Below are positions 35,622 to 43,615 of a DNA stretch of 43,615 nt, piece after piece (position 1 is the stretch's first letter; each line of letters starts with the position of its first letter). The stretch is from Okamejei kenojei (Eukaryota). The DNA lies in NCBI GenBank assembly GCA_035221665.1, contig CM069132.1:161282386-161326000 (forward strand). The letters are read 5' to 3'. Position numbers and translations under genes: made by a program. The notes beneath the pieces were generated by a model. That model had not been told where the DNA came from. It did no database searches and saw only the letters and a program-made list of their open reading frames with translations.

Positions 35622-35776
35622 CTGTGACTCATGGTCATTACTCACGTGATGGTGCTGCAGCTTCAAGGTCCACCAGCCATTTGAAGGTTTGTTGCGTCAT
35701 GGGCCAGGAGGAGAATGGGTCTGGGACCACCAGGTCCATCTCCCTGACGGAAACAGTCCGGGAATACCATTACAGG
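35622..35776 (-). CDS. CDCP1: CDCP1 exon 6, 5' part (frame broken by indels)
   Basis: ggtgcag| S-CNGIP(D)CFRQ..MDLVVPDPFSSWPMTQQTFKWLVDL |gtaact, pieced across frames. Parallels human SCTDHRYCQRKSYSLQVP..HDFSWKLL. Confidence 0.7.
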
Positions 35777-35969
35777 CTGCACCGGGAAGAAAGAAAGGAG
35801 AGAACGGGGGAGTGGAGTGAGGAAGGTAGAGAGGAGNNNNNNNNNNNNNNNNNNNNNNNNNNNNNNNNNNNNNNNNNNNNNNNNNNNNNNNNNNNNNNNN
35901 NNNNNNNNNNNNNNNNNNNNNNNNNNNNNNNNNNNNNNNNNNNNNNNNNNNNNNNNNNNNNNNNNNNNN

Positions 35970-36480
35970 AGAGGAGAGAGGAGAACAATAGAGGATAGAG
36001 GAGATGTGAGGAGCAGAGTGGAGAGGAGCAGAGAGGAGAGAGAGGATAGAGAGGAGAGAGGAGAGGGAGGAGAGAGGAGAGGAGGAGGAGAGGAGAGGAG
36101 GGAGAGAGAGAGAGGAGAGAGAAGGAGAGAGGAGAGAGGGACACAGTACAGAGGAGAGGAGAGAGGAGACCACAATAGAGGATAGAGGAGAGATGTGAGG
36201 AGCAGGAGAGAGGAGAGAGAGGAGAGGAGGAGTGGAGGGGTGGAGGAGGAGGAGAGGAGAGGAGGAGAGAGGAGGATGAGAGGAGAGAGACACAGTACAG
36301 AGGAGACGAGAGAGGAGACCAATAGAGGATAGTGAGAGATGTGAGGAGGAGAGAGGAGGAGAGGAGAGGAGAGAGAGAGGAGGAGGAGAGAGGAGAGGAG
36401 GAGAGAGGGGAGGAGGAGAGAGGGGAGGAGGAGAGGAGAACAAAGGAGGTGAACAAGAGAGGCGAGGGGAGCGGGGAGAA
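35970..36480. repeat. GA-rich purine tract or minisatellite
   Basis: Direct reading of the sequence. Confidence 0.9.
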
Positions 36481-37302
36481 GAAGAACAGAGGGTTAAGAT
36501 CCAATATTTCAATGCATCCTCATTGAACTGCAGACTAATGAGAGGCTGGAACCCTGTCACCAATAATAACGGGAGTGAACCAGCGCCATTACTGACGCCG
36601 TCTCATCCCGCATCTGGAGTGTTGCGTGTAGTTCTGGTCACCCCCATTACAGCGAGGATGGGGGGGGGGGGGTCTGGAGAGGGTGGAGGAGGTTTACCCG
36701 AACACTGCCGGGATTAAGGGGTTTCAGCCAGAGGTGTACAACACAAGCTGAGACACAAAGCGGTACAAGACGTGAGTGAGATTGGTGGCCGGTCTTCATC
36801 CACCTGACATAGCAAGGATGGTATTGGAATGGATGCGAGTGAGATTGCAGTGGGTGTTGAACGGATTCACACGGACACTACACTACAGTGACCAGAGGGC
36901 TTGAGTATTAGTGGGAGATTGGAGAGGCGGGGAGCGTAGGAGGATGAGGGGTTACCTATCTCGAGGTGTATAACATCATGAGGGGGCGTAGATGAGGTGA
37001 ATGGTCGTTTGGCCAGGGAGGTTGTCACTGTACCTCGGCACTGAGGGTCCAGGAGTCCACAACCAGATCGCACTGGTTTACGGAGAGACAGGAAAGATTT
37101 AATAGGAACCCGCAGAGGGTGGTGGACGTATGGAATGAGCTGCCGGAGTGGTTGGGGCAGGTACTATAACAACACGTATGATATAAATCATATTCCTTTG
37201 CTCCATAGATGCTGCTGCACCCGCTGAGTTTCTCCAGCATTTTTGTGTACCTTTGTATGATATAAAAGGCAGGAATGATTTAGGTTGGCTGGGCAAATGG
37301 GA

Positions 37303-37465
37303 CTGTGTGACGGGGAAGGTTGGTTAGCATGGATGGGTTGGGCTGAATGGCCAGTTTCTGTGCTGGCTGGATGTACAGGTCTGTGTGATGGGGAAGGTTG
37401 GTTAGCATAGATGGGTTAGGCTGAATGGCCAGTTTCTGTGCTGGCTGGGTGTACAGGTCTGTGTA
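37303..37465. repeat. 78-bp tandem duplication just downstream of the exon 5 donor
   Basis: ctgtgtga.ggggaaggttggttagcat..ctgtgctggctgg.tgtacaggt, twice. Confidence 0.85.
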
Positions 37466-37479
37466 GATGGACCACTTAC

Positions 37480-37689
37480 AGATGTTGGTGGTCACCTCAG
37501 CGGTGATGTCTGTCTTTGGGTCACACTGGAAGTGGACGGACACGTTGAGGTGGTCGCCGGGTCCCACCCGCAGCTCAGACCCACAGTCGGAGGAGACGGG
37601 ACTACGACAGATGCAACTGTTCTCGTCCAACAGCTGCTTCAACCGCACCGATACACCATCTTGCCTCCGCAGATCGATCTCAAAACTGT
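37480..37689 (-). CDS. CDCP1: CDCP1 exon 5
   Basis: 210-nt phase 1-1 exon: DSFEIDLRRQDGVSVRL..SCIC..DCGSELRV..FQCDPKTDITAEVTTNI, with Cys spacing like the human exon. Confidence 0.85.
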
Positions 37690-37757
37690 CTGCAGGTTCC
37701 AACACAAAATACAGTGATGTCAGGTTTGTCCTTCATGTTGCTTTAGTTCATAACTAA

Positions 37758-38039
37758 AGCCCCTGTCCCGAGTTATTCACGAATTCTCACGAGTTTTCCT
37801 CCTGATTCAAACTCGGAGGATGTCCGTGGCGAGTCCGTAGATATTTCGTAGCGGCTCGTAATGCCAGCCGTAGGTACTCGGAGCATCAGGTAAGTCGGGA
37901 CGTTTTTTCAACGTTGAAAAATGTCCACGGGTAAAATGGCTGGCAATCTCCGAGTACCTATGGCTGGCATCTCCGAGTTTGAATCAAGGGGAAAACTCGG
38001 GAGAATTCGTGAGTAACTCAGGAAAGTGGGACAGGGCCT
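37758..38039. mobile_element. PIF/Harbinger-type (Tourist-like) MITE
   Basis: Long inverted arms (agcccctgtccc..ttcaaactcggag / ctccgagtttgaa..gggacagggcct), flanked by TAA at 37755-37757 and 38040-38042. Confidence 0.75.
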
Positions 38040-38169
38040 TAAAGCCTTCCCTGAAGCTCAGTACACGTGATAATAAAAACACTCGACTACACTAATCTAA
38101 CACCACACTGTCATACACACCAGTGGGCACGTCTGACAACACTGCCCAGTACTGTTACCCCTCACCTAA

Positions 38170-38501
38170 TAGCCCTGTCCCACGGTACGAGTTCATTCTA
38201 AGAGCTCTCCCGAGTTTGCCCTGATTCGAACTCGGAGATTTACGGTGATGGCCGCTCGTCGGTACTCGGGGCTCTCGTGGACATTTTTTCATCATGTTGA
38301 AAAACCTTCACGAGTCTTCCCGAGCTCACCTGCCGTTAGCGAGTCTTGCCGAGTACCTGCCGTTAGCGTTACGAGCCGCTAAGAGACGTCCCCGAGCTCC
38401 GACGTACCCGCTACGTTCATTCTCCGTGCTTACCACGAGTTTGATTTTTTTTAAAACTCGGGAGAGTTCTTGGAATGAGCTAGTACCGTGGGACAGGGGT
38501 T
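38170..38501. mobile_element. Second related Harbinger-type MITE
   Basis: TIRs ccctgtcccacggtac.ag.tcattc / gaatgagctagtaccgtgggacaggg. Confidence 0.75.
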
Positions 38502-38600
38502 TTCACCCACACCATTGAACAACACTACCCACACCGCTCCCCCCCCCTCACCCACACTCTGCGGGGCGCAGCGCCGCCACTGGGCGTGACCCCCACTCAC

Positions 38601-38933
38601 CGCGGTAGTCGTGGAAGACCTGGACGCGGAACCTGAAGTCCAGCCGGCTGGAGTTGGAGTAATCCATGTCGCAGTTCTGCAGGGTAACCTTGAACGTCTT
38701 GTGAAACTGGCTGGAGAGCTTTCCCAGGACGGAGGGGCCGAAGAACCAGCCGGCCTCTCGCTTCACGCAGCTGGGTTTGGTGAAGTTCTCCACCGTCACC
38801 GTGGCGTGGTAGTCGAGTGGCACCACCACCGTCCACATCATCAGCTCGTCGTTGGGGAAGCCCCGCGGCCAGTTGGCCGACATGAAGTAAACCGGAGACC
38901 CCGGCTGCAGAATGGCCGTGACCACAGAGAACA
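38601..38933 (-). CDS. CDCP1: CDCP1 exon 4 (CUB domain)
   Basis: 333 nt, open: FMSANWPRGFPNDELMMWTVVVP..CVKRE..VTLQNCDMD..RLDFRFRV, matching human LMSANYPEGFPEDELMTWQFVVP..CERKE..LSLQGCDQD. Confidence 0.95.
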
Positions 38934-38977
38934 CTGGACCGGAGAGCGAGAGAGAGGAGTGAGTACATGCGCACGCA

Positions 38978-39011
<34 letters not shown>

Positions 39012-39018
<7 letters not shown>

Positions 39019-40212
39019 AACATAGACAATAGGTGCAGGAGGAGGCCATTCGGTCCTTCGAGCCTGCACCGCCATTCATTGCGATCATGGCTGATCGTCC
39101 CCAATCAATACCCCATGCCTGCCTTCTCCCCATATCCCTTGACTCCCCACTAGCCCCTAGAGCTCTATCTAACTCACTTAAATCCATCCAGTGATTTGGC
39201 CTCCACTGCCCTCTGTGGCAGGGAATTCCATAAATTCACAACACTCACAAGTTTTTTCTCACCTCAGTCTTAAATGACCTTCCCTTTATTCCAAGACTGT
39301 GGCCCCTGGTTCTGGACTCGCCCAACATTGGGAACATTTTTCCTGCATCTACTTTGTACAGTCCTTTTATAATTTTATATGTTTCTATAAGATCGTCCCT
39401 CATCCTTCTAAACTCCAGTGAATACAAGCCTAGTCTTATCAATCTTTCCTCAAATGACAGTCCCGCCATCCCAGGGATCAATCTCGTGAACCTACGCTGC
39501 ACTGCCTCAATCACAAGGATGTCCTTCCTCAAATTAGGAGACCAAAACTGTACACTCCTCTACTCCTGTACTGAAATCCTCTTGTTATGAAGGCCAACAT
39601 TCCATTAGCTTTCCTCACTGCCTGCTGTACCTGCACGCCAACTTTCAGTGACCGGTGTACAAGGACGCCCAGGTCTCGCTGTACCTCCCCCTTACCTAAT
39701 CTAACCCCATTGAGATAATAATCTGCCCCCTTGTTTTTGCCACCAAAGTGGATAACCTCACATTTATCTATATTATACTAGCGGCCCCAACACCAAGCCT
39801 TGCGGCACTCCACTTGCCACTGCCTGCCATTCTGAAAAGGACCCGTTCACTCCTACTCTTTGCTTCCTGTCTGCCAACCAATTTTCTATCCACGTCAACA
39901 CCCTGCTCCCAATACCATGTGCTCTAATTTTAGTCACCAGTCTCCCGTGCGGCACCTTATCAAAGGCTTCCTGAAAGTCTAGATACACTACATCCACTGG
40001 CACCACTTCATCCATTTTACTTGTTATCTCCTCAAAAAATTCCAGAAGATTAGCCAAGCATGATTTCCCTTTCATAAATCCATGTTGACTTGGACTAATC
40101 CTTTTACTGCTATCCAAATGCCCTATTATTACCTCTTTAATAATTGACTCCAGCATCTTTCCCACCACTAAAGTCAGGCTAACTGGTCTGTATTTCCCCG
40201 TTTTCTCTCCCC
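39012..40212 (-). mobile_element. CR1 LINE 3' portion with internal deletions
   Basis: YRPVSLT..QHGFMKGKSCL..DVVYLDFQEAFDKVPH..SGVPQG..LGP; EAVQRRFTRLIPG..ESRTRGHS; CR1 tail. Confidence 0.92.
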
Positions 40213-40990
40213 CAGACACTCCCCACACATTCCCCGCACTCACACACACACCTGAGCAATTACAAACACCTGTGAAGCCATGTGTCCCAACCATTATGGT
40301 GCCCTGAAATGGGAGGGGACTATGTATAAACACAGCTGTAATTTCTACATGGTGAATTACAAAATGTATAAAAATGGCCTTTATTAAAATCTGGCAATGT
40401 GCACTTTAACCACATGTGATTTTTTTCTATTACGAATCTCAAATTGTGGAGTGCAGAGGCAAATAAATAAATGATGGGTCTTTGTCCCAAACATTATGGA
40501 GGGGCACTGTGTGAGTGTAAACCTTAGGTGGAAAGGGGCTTGGTTTAAATGAGGGGGGTGGGTGCCTGGAACGCGCTGCCAGGGGTGCTGGTGGAGGCAG
40601 ATACAATAGTGACATTTGGATCGACACATGCGTATGTAATGGAATGGAGGGATAGGGATTGTGTGCAGCTAGATAAGGATTTAATTTGCCAACAAGATAG
40701 CAGAGTCAGGGGATATGGGGAGAAGGCAGGAACGGGGTACTGATTGGGGATGATCAGCCACGATCACATTGAATGGCGGTGCTGGCTCGAAGGGCCGAAT
40801 GGCCTACTCCTGCACCTATTGTCTATTGGATGGCGGTGCTGGCTCGAAGGGCTAAATGCACCTATTGTCTATTGAGTCTCACAGCCAGTGAAAAGATGAA
40901 TAGGAAGAAACAAGAAGACCCACTACAAACCAGACCTTATCTCTTACAAAACGTAGAGTGTTTGAAGGTGTAAAATTATTCTGCACCTAC

Positions 40991-41338
40991 GTTTTATTGT
41001 AGGCACGAAGGAAAGCTGAAATCCGGTGTCATCGGTCACCTCGCTCCAAGGCACCTCAAGGGTGATCAAAGTACGCCCTTGAATCTTCAGGCTGGAAATG
41101 GTTCCATTCCTGCAAAATGTACCAACAGGGACCTCCGACGTGTTGTCATAGTGAACGTGACCTGTAACCCTGTACTGGACCAGCTCTGGACAGTGGCCGA
41201 GGTCTGTCTGTCGCACTGGCGCCCCACCAAAGTTTATCCCCACACCAACCTTGTAGGGGACATTGATGGCCCATATGTACGTGGTGTTCAACCTGGGCAG
41301 GGCCTGAGGAAGAAGGTCTTCCAGGTCGTGATCTTCTC
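40991..41338 (-). CDS. CDCP1: CDCP1 exon 3
   Basis: 348-nt phase 1-1 exon: LPRLNTTYIWAI..VGTFCRNGTISSLKIQ..LEVPW..GFQLSFVPTIK, matching human LPTLNRTFIWDV..IGTFCSNGTVSRIKMQ..LHLPW..SIK. Confidence 0.95.
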
Positions 41339-41779
41339 CTGCCAGAAGAGCAACGTTTGTCATTCACCGGTTCAAAAATAAACTCATCTGAAATTAATCT
41401 AAATTGTCTACTGGTTTTACTGCCTAATGAGACAGGTTTGAGTTTAGTTTAGTTTATGGTCACGTCAGTGGAAAGACAATACATGATTACGATCGAGGTG
41501 AGGGAGAATATTACAACAACCAGAATAGTCGCACGTTCTGTCCACACGGTGCCTCCAATCACAGCAAAGAGTTTACCGCAGAATTAGTCAACCAGAATTT
41601 CAGCAAAGCAGCCAACTACAAGCTTGGAGTAGTGTTTGGGAAACGTTCTAAAACAGGAAATAGAGGCACAAAGATGGAGTCAGTGGGCTCGGGGTCAGTG
41701 TCCATGGTGGAGGGACTTCATTTGAGGATGAACAAGAGGTTCAAATGTGGACAGTGTTGACAGTTTGGAGGATTACAGA

Positions 41780-42000
41780 AGCTGGAGAAAATGGAGAGAT
41801 GGGATGGAGCCCAGGATGCCAGAACTTTGGAGAGAAGGGGGTCACCTGGAGATTGGAGCCATGAGGAGGTCCCCTGGGGAATGGAGCGATGAGGAGATCA
41901 CCTGGAGAATGGGGAGGTTCCCTGGAGATTGTGGAGCGTGAGAGGTCACTTGGAGAATGGAGCCATGAGGAGGCCCCTTGGAAAGATGGGGAGGAACCTG
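41780..42000. repeat. Degenerate about 27-bp minisatellite (ggtcacctggagaatggagccatgagga)
   Basis: Direct reading of the sequence. Confidence 0.7.
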
Positions 42001-43230
42001 AAGTTGCGTCTATCACCCTGCCCACTGGTCGGCAGTGATACTCAAAGACTCAGATCCATCGTGCATTTCGCAGGACTTGACGTAGGTATGTTACAATACT
42101 TAATTTCAGCGGCGCTGCAGTTCTGCCACTGGCCGTGTGCGCGATTTTGACGCCTTTGGGGGGTTGGGGGGGGGGGGGGGGGGCTGGATTAAAATGCCGT
42201 TTTCTCCTGCCTGTGCGAGATATATTTTCTCGGGCTGCTATCTGATGCTGAAAAAGCGATCCGACTTGCGTTCTCGGAAGTTTAAAAAAAATAAATCGTG
42301 GGACAATTTCATCGCTGGAGTCAAATAAAAAAGCGACTTCTAACGCCGTCAACGCTGACAACGGGACGGATCTCACGTAGGGGACAAAACATAAGGTAAG
42401 TCGTATATTTTACGTATAAACTTGCTTCTTAGGATGACTTTAATGAAAATTTCCTTGGCAAAAATGTGATTATGGCCCCATACGAACCGGCAGTGTTTTT
42501 CCTGCCGATATGGGGTTCAAATTCACTGCAACCACAACGTTCCAATCGATCGCATTCCTCAAAAACCCACTCGCAAGATGATTTAAATGGCCATTAGTTT
42601 GCGGGAATTAAACATTAAATTCCTTCCGTTTGGCCTAAAAAATTAATGACAATGAGATTTAAAAATCATGTTATTTTGTGAATTCTTGTGTGAATGTTAT
42701 TTGGACACTTAGGCTATTTAAAAATGTTAATCTTTTCTTAAGAAATTGATAGATGTTTAGATCTAGTAATTGAATTTTGTAATTAGCTACAATTAGGTAA
42801 CTAACTAATTATATGCTTTAATTTCAGGTCATCCAAGTAAGATTGTTTCATATTTGTTTCAGAATGCTTCAATTTATAATAACTGACAATTTCAGTTCTC
42901 TTAATTTTTAAGAAAGTTATGGGCTTTTGACGGTCCTCGATCACAGCTTTTGTGTTAAGTCAATGGAAAAGCAATAGGGAACAAGATGCTAATTTCAGAG
43001 TATGAAAATGGCCATAACCTTTTTAATACTGAAGGTGTGAAAGTGAATTAGGTGTCAAATTAAACTTCTTTTTATGCTTTATCAGTGACCAAGCCCACCA
43101 CTAACGGCTCAGCTGAAGATCTAGAGGTCTTGCTTGAGATGCTGAGGTTGATGTTGAAGTTTCTGCTTACTCCATCTACAATGACAACGCAACGCGAGGT
43201 GAAAGCTGATGTCAAACAGTGCATCCTCAC

Positions 43231-43452
43231 CAATATCTTTCTTCACTTCCATGATGAAGGTGTGCTGGGGATCTGTGCAGGTGAAGTTGATGAGGAGAGA
43301 GACATTCGGAAGGAACCAATACTCCTGATGACAAACTATCTCACCATCCCCCACGATACACATTTGGCAATCGGCAAAGCTCGGACCACCGACGGCTTGC
43401 CTGATGTTAATGGTCACATCCAGACCGGTGGTGACCAACACCATCTCAGCAT
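43231..43452 (-). CDS. CDCP1: CDCP1 exon 2 (exon 1 lies beyond the window)
   Basis: 222-nt phase 1-1 exon (cacgcag| ... TTG|gtgagg): ..VTINI..CQMC..INFTCTDPQHTFIMEVKKDI, matching human FTFSCQSPENHFVIEIQKNI. Confidence 0.9.
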
Positions 43453-43519
43453 CTGCGTGACAAACCAGATCCAACATTAGTAAAGGCCTTAGAAAGATGC
43501 TTCTAAAAGCGTTACACGA

Positions 43520-43615
43520 GTCTGAAGAAGGGTCTCGACCCTAAACGTCACCCATTCCTTCTCTCCACAGATGCTGTCCCGCTGAGTTACTCCAGCATTT
43601 TAGGTCTTTCTTCAG
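43520..43615 (+). mobile_element. Penelope-type terminal repeat with a hammerhead-like motif
   Basis: gtCTGAAGAagggtctcgacccTAAAcgTCacccattccttctctccacagatgctg..gagttactccagc. Confidence 0.65.

Noticed and set aside
35663-36563. Leu/Ser-rich or Glu/Arg-rich ORFs
   Set aside because: They are translations of a GA-rich repeat and a gap.
42110-43085. Probable interspersed repeat in CDCP1 intron 2
   Set aside because: It looks repeat-like, but I could not identify termini, a TSD or coding motifs, so I did not call it.

Overview
Vertebrate genomic DNA, almost certainly from a cartilaginous fish (skate/ray-like). The left half (about 350-10900, minus strand) holds one complete, unrearranged immunoglobulin heavy-chain 'minicluster' of the IgM class: leader, VH, D1, D2, JH, then Cmu1-Cmu4 with the secretory tailpiece. 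Its recombination signals follow the chondrichthyan pattern V-23 / 12-D1-22 / 12-D2-12 / 23-J. The transmembrane exons would lie beyond position 1. The leader exon carries a +1 frameshift and the V lacks the conserved Trp41. The middle (about 11400-22500) is retroelement debris: a 5'-truncated L1 with a 16-bp TSD, a decayed L1 and CR1 pieces. An exactly 500-N gap sits at 20620-21119. The right half (about 23300-43450, minus strand) holds exons 2-9 of a CDCP1 orthologue in noisier sequence, with G-rich VNTRs, gaps, an apparent tandem duplication, CR1, SINE and Harbinger-type MITE insertions. The most unusual signal is a dispersed, often palindromic repeat family whose consensus carries a minimal hammerhead-ribozyme core of the Penelope type. 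I found no convincing wholly new system. All calls were made by eye, without database searches.
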